From the IMG/VR virus record IMGVR_UViG_3300020576_006644, positions 48,624 to 112,623 of that record: a DNA stretch of 64,000 bases; one strand, given 5' to 3'. Below the pieces are notes generated by a model. That model made no database searches. It was given only the letters and a program-made list of their open reading frames with translations, and had not been told where the DNA came from. Position 1 is the first letter of the stretch. Each line of letters opens with the position of its first letter. The DNA is from a virus. Its lineage: Duplodnaviria > Caudoviricetes. Shown piece by piece: positions 1 to 9,574 of the stretch. The translations under genes were made by a program, and so were the position numbers.

Positions 1-896
1 TGCTTCGCCGCCTCACGAGCCGCCTCGAAGAGGCGGTCGGGGTCTATCTCGTCTGGGTCCGTCCCGCCCGGCAGCCGCAGGGCCGAGAATCTTCCGCTGC
101 CGCCCTGACACAGGGACAGCATGCGGAGCTGCTGGGCAAGCCCCCAGCCGGCCAGCCACGCATCTCCGTCCAGCGCGAAGACGACTGGGCGCCGGGCCTC
201 CAGCAGCATGAGCTGTTGTTCCGAGCTCGGCATACCTAGCGCGCCAGCGGCGTCCCCGCGGTCCATGAGGAACATCGCGTCCATGGACCCCTCGACGATG
301 ACCAGCGGCTCCTCGGTCTCCCGGTGCAGGTGCTCCCCGCCGAAAAGGAGTAAGCCCCTTTGCAGTCCGGTACTATAAAGGTAAGGAAGCGGGTGCTTCT
401 TCTGCCAGCTCCTGCCGATGAAGCCGAGAAGCTGTCCGTCCGGCGCCCGCAGCGGGATGATCACCCGCCCGTACCACTTGCTCCCAGGTACCAACACCGC
501 CCCGATCCCGTACCGGCGGCGCTTGGGTTCGTCTATCCCGCGCCGGTTGAGGAACGCCCGCGCCTCCGCGCCGTTCCGTGATGACTTCCCCGGCTCCTCG
601 TCGAGCAGGTAGAAGCCGGCAGGCAGCTCGGTAGACTCCTTCGCCCCGTCGTCCGCTAGGTGGTCGAGCTGCCTCCGCACCGGATCGTCGATGAGGTCGA
701 GATAGCCAGCGGCCCGCCCGCGCAGCCCGCAGCGCTTGCAGTGATAGAAGCCGGTGGGGGAGTGGAAACTCCAGCTTTTTTTGGTGTCTGTCTTGCCCGC
801 TCGCTCGGGGCAGGCCAGACAATTAGCGCGCAGCCAACGCGAGTTTCCGCTGGCCTTAGCGTCTGCAACCATTGAGGCGACGAGGGGGTGGCTCAT
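1..896 (-). CDS. DNA primase (Zn-finger + TOPRIM, DnaG-type), runs off window start
   Basis: Not in the ORF track; manual translation from ATG 896 (ATGA overlap with the 893 stop) gives CLAC...HCKRC, GRVIIP, GFIGR, VIVEGSMDA and ALDGD motifs. Confidence 0.85.
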   Translation of the reverse strand, partial: MSHPLVASMVADAKASGNSRWLRANCLACPERAGKTDTKKSWSFHSPTGFYHCKRCGLRGRAAGYLDLIDDPVRRQLDHLADDGAKESTELPAGFYLLDEEPGKSSRNGAEARAFLNRRGIDEPKRRRYGIGAVLVPGSKWYGRVIIPLRAPDGQLLGFIGRSWQKKHPLPYLYSTGLQRGLLLFGGEHLHRETEEPLVIVEGSMDAMFLMDRGDAAGALGMPSSEQQLMLLEARRPVVFALDGDAWLAGWGLAQQLRMLSLCQGGSGRFSALRLPGGTDPDEIDPDRLFEAAREAAK

Positions 897-1522
897 ATCG
901 GCCCTTGAAGCGCTGTTCGGGCGATTCCAAGCAGAAGATCGCGAAAGGGAATCGGGGTGGCAGCTCGCTGCCACCCGCTCATGCGCTGGCAGATACCCGT
1001 TTTGACGGCCCGCCGCCGCTCCTCCGTGCTGTGAAAGCCCTGATCGAGTCTCACTGTCGCGGCTGATTTTCCCCACAGGAGTTCAGGCAGCTCACACCAC
1101 GCGGAATAGAGCCACGTCGCCTTACGTGCTTTATGGCCGTAGTGCCCTTGTTCAACACAGCAAGTCCAGCCGATCCCGTCGCCTGCCGGAACCCAGCCGC
1201 CAATACGCGGTGGTTTGTCTAACTTAAACGCGGGCCACGCAGCCGAGGCCTCGGGATGCTCAAGAACACCACCCCACTTGCGCACGGCATCCAGCGCCGA
1301 CGCAAAACAACCTCCGTCGTCGCCCTTAATCTTCCGCACCTTGCAAGACGGACCGCCGTACCAATACCGACCCCAACGCTGGCAGGGCGAGTGACAAACC
1401 ACCGGATGGGGTCCCGCATACCGTCGCGCGTCTCGCTTTTCGTCCCACGGGTCTACGTCATCGAGGCCTATGTAGCACCCGTTCGGCTGGACGTACAGAG
1501 CTGCGACAATAGGGTGGCTCAC
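893..1522 (-). CDS. Short phage C5-cytosine methyltransferase-like protein
   Basis: VVCHSPCQRW (PC catalytic motif), GGVLEHP (ENV-like motif), Q..YGH.ARK.TWL; canonical FxGxG motif not seen. Confidence 0.55.
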   Translation of the reverse strand: MSHPIVAALYVQPNGCYIGLDDVDPWDEKRDARRYAGPHPVVCHSPCQRWGRYWYGGPSCKVRKIKGDDGGCFASALDAVRKWGGVLEHPEASAAWPAFKLDKPPRIGGWVPAGDGIGWTCCVEQGHYGHKARKATWLYSAWCELPELLWGKSAATVRLDQGFHSTEERRRAVKTGICQRMSGWQRAATPIPFRDLLLGIARTALQGPI

Positions 1523-1701
1523 GCCTGTTTCTCCGCCGCCTTCTTATCGCGGTAGCGCTTCTGCTGCCGGGCCAGCTTCTCCCTGTATTTCTTGTCCTCG
1601 CACTCGTGGCAACGCTTGGGAAGAACCCCGGACGGCTTGTGAATGACATTCCGCGGACGGGAAGGTCTCCCGCAATTTTCGATACACATCTGCACGGTCA
1701 C
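1519..1701 (-). CDS. Small Cys-containing basic protein
   Basis: GTGA overlaps at both ends; CxxxC...CxxC. Confidence 0.5.
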   Translation of the reverse strand: MTVQMCIENCGRPSRPRNVIHKPSGVLPKRCHECEDKKYREKLARQQKRYRDKKAAEKQA

Positions 1702-3182
1702 ACCCCCGGCCAGAACTGGTGCTGCTTGGTTTTCCACCCGCGAGGATTCTCCACCCACGGGTAGGGGTCGTCCTTGATGCGGACCACCTGCGCGCACTCG
1801 TAATATTTGGGGAGCGCTGGAGTAGAGCTGCCCATCTGCCCCCCCTGGCGCCCCTTGTCGAAGTAGTAGACGTTCCCGTGCTGGATGGGGTGCCAGTTGA
1901 GGGTCAAGCACCAGTCCGCGATCCGTTTCTTGCGAACAGAATCCGCTGCCTCCTCCCCGGTGAGCACCTTGAACCGTGCCATGTTCCGGGCGCCCTTGGC
2001 CTGGCTGAGCGTGGCCACCACCCGGCAGAGGCTCGGGTTCTCCGTCGGGTCCTCCTGTCCCCCTTTTGCCTGGAAGGCGAAGTAGGCGTACAGGAGCCCG
2101 AAGCCCTGGTAGGTGTTCTGCGTGTCCTTCTTGGCCAGCTTGTCGAGGCCCGGGAAGTCGATCTTGGTGTAGTTGACGTGCTCGTCGGCGTCGATGTAGA
2201 TGAGGTCCGCACGCTGCCCGGCCCGCCGCTCCTCCTCCGCCACGATCTCGAACAGCTCGTTGGCCGTCGTCACCGTCGACTTGAAGTGGTGGAGCTTCGG
2301 GGCCACGATCTGCTTGTTGTCGAGCAGCCACTTGTACCGGACCTGCATCTCCTCGTCCCATTCGGGCTGATCCACCGCCGCGTCCATCGGCACCCCGGTG
2401 AGGTTCGACACCATGCGCAGCACCTCGTCGCCGCGGACCACCTCCCCTGTGAGGTAGATCGCGAACTGCTTGCGCCGGGCGGCCGAGCAGGCGTGGTGGT
2501 TTGCGAGCATGCTCTTGCCCTCCCCCGAGTATCCGACGGCGAAGCCGAACTTTCCCTTCTGCGGACCCCCTCGCATGAGGCCGTCGAGCTCCGGCACCCC
2601 GAACGGCACGCGCGGGAGCCGAGCCAGCGCCAGGGCCCGGCCGATGTCGTCGACAGTGACCGAGCTGTCCCCGAAGGTAGCCTTCCCGACGCCGACCACG
2701 TCCAGCGCCGCGGTCGCGGCTCGCAGCTTGGCGTCGGCGATGTCCCGCCTCTCGGGGTCGTTCGTGGAGCTGGCCTCCACGGCGTGCTTGACCTGCAGCT
2801 GCCGCAGCTGCCGCTTGATGCTGGGTGCCACCTCGGCGACCGCCTGGTCCTCGGCCACCTCGCACGGGGCCGAGACGAGGTAGTCGTAGCAGGCCGCGGC
2901 CCTGGCCCTGGTGATGCGACCCGCCTCGGTGCTCTTTCGCTGCACGCGCTGCAGCACGATCGTGATCCCCCCGCACCGAGCCGGGTGCCGCCCCTCCTTG
3001 GCTATCTCCCCCACCGCCTCGACGATGAGCCGCGCCTCGTCGGCCCCGAGCAGTTCCGCCACCCAGAACTTCCCCGCCCGCTCCCAAAAGGTCTCGGAGA
3101 CCACGGCGAGCCGCACCGCCTCGCGCTCCAGCTCGGGGCGCAGCTCGTAGGGGATGCGGGTTGGGTCGGCGGTGAGGCTCAT
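1698..3182 (-). CDS. DnaB-like (SF4) replicative helicase
   Basis: Walker A GYSGEGKS, PFGVPELDGLMRGG, YLTGE, LIYID, TLSQ, ADS..K.R.AD motifs; close to primase. Confidence 0.85.
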   Translation of the reverse strand: MSLTADPTRIPYELRPELEREAVRLAVVSETFWERAGKFWVAELLGADEARLIVEAVGEIAKEGRHPARCGGITIVLQRVQRKSTEAGRITRARAAACYDYLVSAPCEVAEDQAVAEVAPSIKRQLRQLQVKHAVEASSTNDPERRDIADAKLRAATAALDVVGVGKATFGDSSVTVDDIGRALALARLPRVPFGVPELDGLMRGGPQKGKFGFAVGYSGEGKSMLANHHACSAARRKQFAIYLTGEVVRGDEVLRMVSNLTGVPMDAAVDQPEWDEEMQVRYKWLLDNKQIVAPKLHHFKSTVTTANELFEIVAEEERRAGQRADLIYIDADEHVNYTKIDFPGLDKLAKKDTQNTYQGFGLLYAYFAFQAKGGQEDPTENPSLCRVVATLSQAKGARNMARFKVLTGEEAADSVRKKRIADWCLTLNWHPIQHGNVYYFDKGRQGGQMGSSTPALPKYYECAQVVRIKDDPYPWVENPRGWKTKQHQFWPGV

Positions 3183-3186
3183 GAGG

Positions 3187-4065
3187 TCAGCGCACCATAC
3201 CCGCGTGGGCCGCCAAAGAACGAGGCTTGACTTCTGCTGGCTTGAGCCAGCAGCCCCACACCCAGGTCCCTTGCTCGGCCATGGTCGCCATCCGCCGCTC
3301 GATGCCCGCCGCCGCGGTTCGCTCCCGCAGGTCCAGCGCTCGCAGGTCTTCGCCGGCAAGGCACGCACCCACCGACCCGATCGCCCGCTCGCAGCTCTCC
3401 CGGTTCGAGAAGCCCAGCCGGTAGATCGCCGCCTCCCGGGCCTTGGCCGCGTCGTAGGCCGGGGTGATGCCTAACTTCTTCGCCCAGGTCTCCCCAGGCC
3501 GGGCGGCGCCGGCGGTGAGGTCTGCGGCGGTGTGGCTGTACACGCGCAGGGTATCCGCCCGCAGGAGCCGACCCGGGTTAAAGATCGCGCCGATCGCCGG
3601 GAAGCTGCCGGAGGGCCGCCAGCTCGTCGCGCCCATCACCCCGAGCTTGGCCGCCACCGACCAGAGCAGCCAGCTGTGCGGGGCGACCTCGCGCGGCAGC
3701 TTCCCACCGCCGACAACTTCCTCCAGCTCGCCCCACGCCTCCCCGGCCATCACCGCAGCGGCGGCCACCAGCTTCCCGCGCTCGGCCGCCGCCCGGCCCT
3801 CCCCCTTCCGGGCGGCCAGGGCCATCATCCGCACGCGCGGCAGGAGCAGCGGCGGGCAGTGCAGCTGCGCGAAGCTGAGGTATGCCTCGACGAGGAAGGC
3901 CACCCGCTGCCCCTCGGTCCAGCTCCTGTCCAGCATCGGTGGGTGCGGGGCGCGGACCACCACCGGGTGCAGCTCAGGAAGAAGGTCCGGCCAGTGCGCG
4001 CGGGCGTACAGCACGGCGTCGGCCCCGACGAGGCGGCTAGAAGTCGTCATCGTCAAAGTCCTCAT
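3187..4065 (-). CDS. Hypothetical protein (start uncertain)
   Basis: Fills the gap in the minus-strand operon. Confidence 0.55.
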   Translation of the reverse strand: MRTLTMTTSSRLVGADAVLYARAHWPDLLPELHPVVVRAPHPPMLDRSWTEGQRVAFLVEAYLSFAQLHCPPLLLPRVRMMALAARKGEGRAAAERGKLVAAAAVMAGEAWGELEEVVGGGKLPREVAPHSWLLWSVAAKLGVMGATSWRPSGSFPAIGAIFNPGRLLRADTLRVYSHTAADLTAGAARPGETWAKKLGITPAYDAAKAREAAIYRLGFSNRESCERAIGSVGACLAGEDLRALDLRERTAAAGIERRMATMAEQGTWVWGCWLKPAEVKPRSLAAHAGMVR

Positions 4066-4492
4066 CGCTGTCGTCCAACTCCCCGTCGTCCTCTAGATCG
4101 TCCTCTAGATCGTCGTCTTCATCTTCATCGTCCCAGAGATCGTCGTCGTTGAGCAGGCAGGTGTTGCACTTACTGGACATGATGCACCCACCACATACCT
4201 CGTCGTCGCAGACACTGCAGACCTCGGTATCCTCATCGTCAAGAAGTTTCTCCCCGCAGCAGTCGCAGTATCTTCCAGGTTCATCCGTCTCGTCGTCGTC
4301 AGCTATTTCCTCGTCTGGGTCTTCGCAGTCCTTGCACTCCCCGAGTGCGCAGCAGCCACGGCAGCAGACCCCGCCGCACTCGTGGCACGTCTCAGCCTCC
4401 CCCTCTTCGAGGATGTCGCGGCAGCAGGCGCAGGTGGTCGGCTCCCGCTTGCTATTATCGGTGGCCAGCTCCTGACTCTCCCCGCCGCTCAC
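4037..4492 (-). CDS. Cys-rich, highly acidic protein (two CxxC clusters, poly-D/E tail)
   Basis: Two similar CxCCxxxL-x-CxxC-x-CxxC modules; C-terminus almost entirely D/E. Confidence 0.7.
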   Translation of the reverse strand: MSGGESQELATDNSKREPTTCACCRDILEEGEAETCHECGGVCCRGCCALGECKDCEDPDEEIADDDETDEPGRYCDCCGEKLLDDEDTEVCSVCDDEVCGGCIMSSKCNTCLLNDDDLWDDEDEDDDLEDDLEDDGELDDSDEDFDDDDF

Positions 4493-5049
4493 AAGGCACC
4501 CCCCTCGACGCTGCGCAGCTTGGCGAAGTGCTTCCAGGCTACCTCCTGCAAAATGACCGCCACCAGTAACTCCGGGCAGCCTACGGGAACAAAGGACAAG
4601 ATCCCACCCTCGGAACGGCCGACGAACCACTTTGGGACGGCGCGGCGGCGGGTAGGGCCGCTCGACTTCCCTTCATTGGGACGCACGTCTTCGATCCGCA
4701 CGTAGCGGCAGTCGGAGCTGCCGTAGTAGCCCTTGACCACCGGGAGCGCAAGCCGCAGCCGCGCGAGCCGGGGCTTGGCAGCTGCCGGGTCGACATCGCA
4801 CAGCCCGCCGGTGACGAGCCGGTTGAAGGCCCGCTCGGTGGTGCGAGCGGAGAAGGCGGCCTTGGCCGACAGCTGCCCCAGGTCGTAGGTCCCGCCGTCG
4901 CGCCAGGCCAGGGCGAAGGCGTCGCACTGCAGCTTCTCGTTGGCGGCCTTGTCGAAGCCTCGCGAGAGCAGGTACTCCCGCGCCTGCCGCCGCGTCCCGG
5001 CCGACAGCCGGAAGCTGACCCCGTTTGTCTTTCCCGTGTACCCGTTCAT
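4489..5049 (-). CDS. Putative winged-HTH DNA-binding protein
   Basis: LGQLSAKAAFSARTTERAFNRLVTGGL; RBS GGAGGGG. Confidence 0.55.
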   Translation of the reverse strand: MNGYTGKTNGVSFRLSAGTRRQAREYLLSRGFDKAANEKLQCDAFALAWRDGGTYDLGQLSAKAAFSARTTERAFNRLVTGGLCDVDPAAAKPRLARLRLALPVVKGYYGSSDCRYVRIEDVRPNEGKSSGPTRRRAVPKWFVGRSEGGILSFVPVGCPELLVAVILQEVAWKHFAKLRSVEGGAL

Positions 5050-5060
5050 CGTCCCCTCCT

Positions 5061-6530
5061 TTATCTGGAAAACAGCTCGCAGTTGTCGCAGTTCCCGCAG
5101 GGCTTTCCGGCCTCCTCGCTGAAGTAGGAGCGCAGGAGCTGCGAGCGGCACCTTCGGGAGCGCAGGAACTCGTCGAGCTGCCGCAGGAGCCCGAGCTGCC
5201 GCTCCTTGCTCTGCTCGAACTTGTCCTCGGTAAACCCGTACCTCTCGGAGTACCTGTTCTGGGTGAGGTCCTTCCCCGAGGTGATGAGCCACTTGCGGGT
5301 CCGGTAGTCCTTCCCCGAGTCGTACAGCGCCACGGCCACCGACGGCTTGCCATCCCGGCCCCCGCGCCCGGCCATCTGGTAGAAGTCCTCGATGCTCTTG
5401 GGCAGCCCGTGCATGACGACCACTCGCACGTCGCTCCGGTCCACCCCCATCCCGAAGGCGCAGGTGGCCACCACCACGTCGAGCTTCTTGCCGAAGAACA
5501 GCTCCTCGACCTCCCGCCGCTGACCCTTGCCCGTCATCCCGGCGTGGTAGTGTCGCGCCTCCCGGCCCTGCCGACGCAGGTAGTCGGCGATGTCCTCAGC
5601 ATCCTGGCGCCGGAGCGTGTAGACGATCCCCGCCCCGCCGGCCGCAAGGTGCTTGTCGAGCAGGTTCCGAACCGCGATGATCTTGCTGCCCCCCTCGCAA
5701 GCGCGGACGCGGTAGCTGAGGTTTGGGCGGTCGCAGGACAGTCGGATCACCCGCGCGTTGCGCATCCTGAAGCGCTCGCGGATGTCTTCGACGGTGTCCT
5801 CTGTGGCGCTCGCCGTCATGGCGATCCACTGCGTCTGCATTCCGATGTTGCGCCGGTCGAGCAGGTCGCGGGCGAAGCGATAGGCCGGACGGTACGATAA
5901 CCCGGCCTCATGCCCAGCAACGTGGCACTCATCCAGAGCGACGAGCCACGGGGGGTTCGCTCGAAGTTGCGCGGCAAAGCGCGGGTCGTCGAAGCGCTCC
6001 GGCGCCGCGTAGATGAGGGAAGCCCCCGGCATGGCGGCAATGGCGACAGTCAGCTCTCCTGGGGTGTACTGCGAGGTGATGGCGATTGCCGGGATGCCAC
6101 GGTCTAGCGCCTGCGTCACCTGATCCCGCATGAGCGAGATGAGCGGGGACATCACCAAAACTGGCCTGTCCACCCGCATCACCGATGGCACCTGGAAGCA
6201 GGCCGTCTTGCCAAACGATGTGGGCGCTATGCCTACAATGTCCTCACCCGCCACCACGGCGTCGATGATCTGCTGCTGCCCCGGCCGGAACCGGGGGAAG
6301 CCCCACACACTGCGCAGCGCCGACAGCGGATCGGAGAACGGTCCCGGCTTTGGCGGCAGCTCCAGCGAGAAAACCGGCTCCGCTGGTGGCGCTGCCGCCG
6401 CTTTCTTGGCCTTCGGTGCCTTGACCGCCAAGCCCGACCCGCCGCAGGCCGGGCAGCTCGCCATGAGCAGGGGGTTCCCCGCACACTGGAGGCATTTTTT
6501 GCGGGAGGCTGCTGGCTTGGTGGCGGTCAC
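5061..6530 (-). CDS. recQ: RecQ family DNA helicase
   Basis: WGFPRFRPGQ, PTSFGKT, SPLISLMRDQV, DECH, MTASAT, DRPNL, YHAGM, VATCAFGMGVD, YQMAGRGGRDG and C-terminal Zn motif CGNCDNC. Confidence 0.95.
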   Translation of the reverse strand: MTATKPAASRKKCLQCAGNPLLMASCPACGGSGLAVKAPKAKKAAAAPPAEPVFSLELPPKPGPFSDPLSALRSVWGFPRFRPGQQQIIDAVVAGEDIVGIAPTSFGKTACFQVPSVMRVDRPVLVMSPLISLMRDQVTQALDRGIPAIAITSQYTPGELTVAIAAMPGASLIYAAPERFDDPRFAAQLRANPPWLVALDECHVAGHEAGLSYRPAYRFARDLLDRRNIGMQTQWIAMTASATEDTVEDIRERFRMRNARVIRLSCDRPNLSYRVRACEGGSKIIAVRNLLDKHLAAGGAGIVYTLRRQDAEDIADYLRRQGREARHYHAGMTGKGQRREVEELFFGKKLDVVVATCAFGMGVDRSDVRVVVMHGLPKSIEDFYQMAGRGGRDGKPSVAVALYDSGKDYRTRKWLITSGKDLTQNRYSERYGFTEDKFEQSKERQLGLLRQLDEFLRSRRCRSQLLRSYFSEEAGKPCGNCDNCELFSR

Positions 6531-6538
6531 AGTTGTCC

Positions 6539-6796
6539 CTATTTATTCAGCAGCAAGCAGATTCGTTTACTAATCCACATAGAGCTGACTCGCCGCCATC
6601 CGCTGGACTTGTACTTTTCAATCAACAGATCGGCCATTTTTTCATCGGTTGAAGCGAGAGAGACAGTCCGTTTACCCAGCGCGAGGGCCTTGTTAACGCG
6701 CGCTATTTCTTCGTTTATCCGCTTGCTAGAAACGGCTGCTTTCTCTGCCGCGTCCGGTGAATACGCAGCCACCTTTTTCACACGTTTTGGGGTCAT
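6539..6796 (-). CDS. Hypothetical basic protein
   Basis: ORF just downstream of an SOS-box-like promoter. Confidence 0.55.
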   Translation of the reverse strand: MTPKRVKKVAAYSPDAAEKAAVSSKRINEEIARVNKALALGKRTVSLASTDEKMADLLIEKYKSSGWRRVSSMWISKRICLLLNK

Positions 6797-6831
6797 CGAG
6801 TTCCAGCTATCTCATCCGATCGCCACGACCC

Positions 6832-6853
6832 GCAAGCCGGGACGTTTGTTCAG
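6832..6853 (-). promoter_or_regulatory. LexA-box-like operator fused to -35
   Basis: GCAAGC-CGGGAC-GTTT-GTTCAG. Confidence 0.6.
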
Positions 6854-7255
6854 CTACCAGCAACCGCCGGTGCAAACCGAAGGATTCTTAGCCTTGCAGT
6901 AAGGGCGGTGATTCACGGCGATATCGTCATCCCGCCGCTTCTTCAGCTCCGCCAAGCAGGCCCCACACTTAGTGACCGCGTCCTTCCCGCCGATCAGGTC
7001 CGCCAGCTTGTGGCCACAGGGAAGCCCGGTCCCTTCCAGCTTGGTCAGCCACTCGTCGGCGATCTTGATAATGGATTCCGGGGTCTTCTTCTGCAGATCG
7101 ACAATCTCGTTTTCTAAAGCGAGAATTTCGCAGTCGGCGTGATGTGGGAATGGATCTGGCTGCGGGTGTACTGCACCAGTTAGCTTCCGACACACCGTGC
7201 ACAAGTACCCGCGGAAGTCACCACTTCCCCACCGGGTTTCTACAACGATCTTCAT
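6854..7255 (-). CDS. Hypothetical Cys/His-rich protein
   Basis: ORF track; operon context. Confidence 0.55.
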   Translation of the reverse strand: MKIVVETRWGSGDFRGYLCTVCRKLTGAVHPQPDPFPHHADCEILALENEIVDLQKKTPESIIKIADEWLTKLEGTGLPCGHKLADLIGGKDAVTKCGACLAELKKRRDDDIAVNHRPYCKAKNPSVCTGGCW

Positions 7256-7266
7256 GAGTCGAACTC

Positions 7267-8094
7267 CTATACAAGCCCCGGCGGCAGCTCGACGACCACA
7301 TCCTCACCTTCGAGGAAGTCCAGGTTGAACAGACCCCACGGGGCGTAGACCGCGAGATTTATCTTCGCGATGATGACCATCACCTCGTCGATGTCCTGCC
7401 CGTACAGGCGCAAGCAGCGGTTGCTCGCGTGCAGCAGCATCCGGGCCGAGCCCATGGCCGGGTCGCAGACGCTCTTGGGTCGCGTGTCCTCCCGGCCGCC
7501 GATCTGCGTCCGCACCATGAGCTCGCAGATGGGATGCGGGGTCGGGAAGAACTTGTGCGGGCCGCCGCCGTAGCGGATGGCGCCGAGCTCACCCAGGTAG
7601 TCGCTCGGCCGGCGCAGCCATTGCCCGAGGTCCACCTGACGGTACAGCTGCTCGGACAGATCGTCGGAGAGCCCAGGGTCCGCGCTGTGGACGCCCAGAC
7701 CCCAGCCGAGGAACCGGGCGAAGTCCCGGTAGCTCGTCCACTGCCCGCCGCTCTTGTCGCACAGCTCCAGCCACTTTTCCGTCTGCCGCAGCACCGCAGG
7801 GTCGGCGTTATCAAAGTCGACCTGCGGGATGGGGTCGCCGGGCAGTCCGCGCAGATCGACGACCCGGGCGAGGTAGCCCCACCTGTCGGGGAAGCCGGTC
7901 TGGCTCCCGGCCTCGGCGTGCAGCGCCTGGACCAGCAGCCGCAGCCACCCCTTGAGCCGCCAGGGCTTCACCTCGTCGCCGATCATCGGCATGCGCCCGG
8001 TCCGCAGGAGGTGCCCGACGGCAGATAAGGGGTCCGCGCCGAGAGCAATTGCTGTGGCGGTCAGCTGGGCCTGGGCGGTGATCTGCTCAATCAT
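7267..8094 (-). CDS. N6-adenine methylase-like protein (SAM-binding half only)
   Basis: FFPTP...VCDPAMGSARML...LYGQDID as in type I HsdM-like MTases; stops before any NPPY/F motif. Confidence 0.7.
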   Translation of the reverse strand: MIEQITAQAQLTATAIALGADPLSAVGHLLRTGRMPMIGDEVKPWRLKGWLRLLVQALHAEAGSQTGFPDRWGYLARVVDLRGLPGDPIPQVDFDNADPAVLRQTEKWLELCDKSGGQWTSYRDFARFLGWGLGVHSADPGLSDDLSEQLYRQVDLGQWLRRPSDYLGELGAIRYGGGPHKFFPTPHPICELMVRTQIGGREDTRPKSVCDPAMGSARMLLHASNRCLRLYGQDIDEVMVIIAKINLAVYAPWGLFNLDFLEGEDVVVELPPGLV

Positions 8095-8357
8095 TTCTCC
8101 GCGCACCCTTCTGCCGGCAGCGCCGGCGCCTGCTTGAAAGCCACCCCGGCCTTTATCCCCTCGCGGCCCGCAAGAAAGATGTCCATCTCCCTTAAGACCG
8201 TCTCCTCCATCTCTCCGTGGCAGTAGGCCCGAAAGACGTAGGTAGTCCGCAGGATTCCAGCCGCATGCTGGGTGAACAGGTCGACCTGCCTCCCGCAGCG
8301 CCCGCAGGTCGGGATAGGGAGCATGCAGCTCTCGGGGAGCGGTTCGAGGTGGAGCAT
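8091..8357 (-). CDS. Hypothetical protein
   Basis: ATGA overlap; CxxC. Confidence 0.5.
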   Translation of the reverse strand: MLHLEPLPESCMLPIPTCGRCGRQVDLFTQHAAGILRTTYVFRAYCHGEMEETVLREMDIFLAGREGIKAGVAFKQAPALPAEGCAEK

Positions 8358-8361
8358 CGGG

Positions 8362-8739
8362 CTACTTGACCTCGGCCCCCAGCTTGAACTCCACCGCATG
8401 CTCGGTCACTTTCCCGTCCACCACGCGCAACCCGCTGTGGCTGTCTCCGTCCTCCCAGGTCAGCAGCAGGTCTGCCGAACCCCAGGTGGCGGCGAGCGCC
8501 TTGCGCAGGTTGTCCTCGCTGCGGCCAGAACCCTCGCCGCGCCAGCGCACCCGGGTTATCTCCAGCTCCTCGGTCCGCCCCGGCAGTTCTTCGACCTCTA
8601 TGACGCTTCCATCGTCCTCAAGGAAGTTTGCCTCGGGCAGCTGGCCCTCCAGCTCGTCACGCAACTTTTTGCGTACCTGCGCGTTTATGCGCAGCCGCTC
8701 CTCGCCCAGGTAGTCGATGCTTCCGATGTTGTAGGCCAT
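8362..8739 (-). CDS. Hypothetical acidic protein
   Basis: RBS AAGGAG; GC-rich third codon positions. Confidence 0.65.
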   Translation of the reverse strand: MAYNIGSIDYLGEERLRINAQVRKKLRDELEGQLPEANFLEDDGSVIEVEELPGRTEELEITRVRWRGEGSGRSEDNLRKALAATWGSADLLLTWEDGDSHSGLRVVDGKVTEHAVEFKLGAEVK

Positions 8740-8753
8740 GGCCTTCTCCTTGT

Positions 8754-9335
8754 TCAGAACAGGTTCTGCTGCGCTGGCGCCGGCTTCTGCAGCTCGCCAA
8801 TCGGGATGTGGATTTTTATCGGCGCTGCCGAGTTCCGCCAGGTGTGAGCCGTGCCCCCGTCTGCAGGAACCGACCCGCGGCCGAAGGTCTGAGCAATTAC
8901 AATGTCAACCACACCCACTCGAAGGTTGCGCGCGTAAAAGCCATCATCGTGGAAAAACTGTGCGCCATTCTCATCGGCGTCAGAAAGATCCTCAAAGCTG
9001 CTCTGCCGACCCACCGCTTGCAGGACATGCGAAAAGTTCTTGTGATAGTAGGTCGCCGTGTTGCCCACGTCGGTATTTGGATAACTGACGGTCCCGCGCG
9101 AACCCCACACCGCGCACGGGAACCACAGCGTCAAGCTGTCCACCTCCCCCGCGAGCCACAAGTCTACAGCGCAGTGGTCCCCATAAGGAGCGCCGCCGCT
9201 CACCAGATCCCACGGGCGCGGGATGTTTTGCAGCTGCTGGCGGACCACATCTACCATCCCGAGATAGATCGGGTAGCTGAGCCGCGCCGCATCCGTCTTC
9301 CGCCCCGCGGTGCCAATGACAGCTACGCGGGTCAT
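8754..9335 (-). CDS. SLOG superfamily (YspA/DprA-like) nucleotide-binding protein
   Basis: VAVIGT.GR, LVSGGAPYGD, F.ARN, GGTAHTW motifs. Confidence 0.7.
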   Translation of the reverse strand: MTRVAVIGTAGRKTDAARLSYPIYLGMVDVVRQQLQNIPRPWDLVSGGAPYGDHCAVDLWLAGEVDSLTLWFPCAVWGSRGTVSYPNTDVGNTATYYHKNFSHVLQAVGRQSSFEDLSDADENGAQFFHDDGFYARNLRVGVVDIVIAQTFGRGSVPADGGTAHTWRNSAAPIKIHIPIGELQKPAPAQQNLF

Positions 9336-9574
9336 GAGTTCGGCACTTCCGGCGCGTCAGCCCTCCGGGACGGCACCACGCGCAGCCGCAGCTTGCACGG
9401 GCCGCCATGCGCTCCAGCTGGTATCGACATGTTGACGAACCCGTGGTAGCGGCGGAACTTCCACCAGTGCAGCCAGCGGCCGAGCTGCCACCACCGCGGC
9501 TCCCAGACCTGGACCCGCTGCGGACCCGACCCGGTGAGCAGCTCTACACCGTCCCAATCGGTTTTCTTGGTCAC
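9332..9574 (-). CDS. Hypothetical Trp-rich protein
   Basis: Overlapping start/stop coupling at both ends. Confidence 0.5.
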   Translation of the reverse strand: MTKKTDWDGVELLTGSGPQRVQVWEPRWWQLGRWLHWWKFRRYHGFVNMSIPAGAHGGPCKLRLRVVPSRRADAPEVPNS

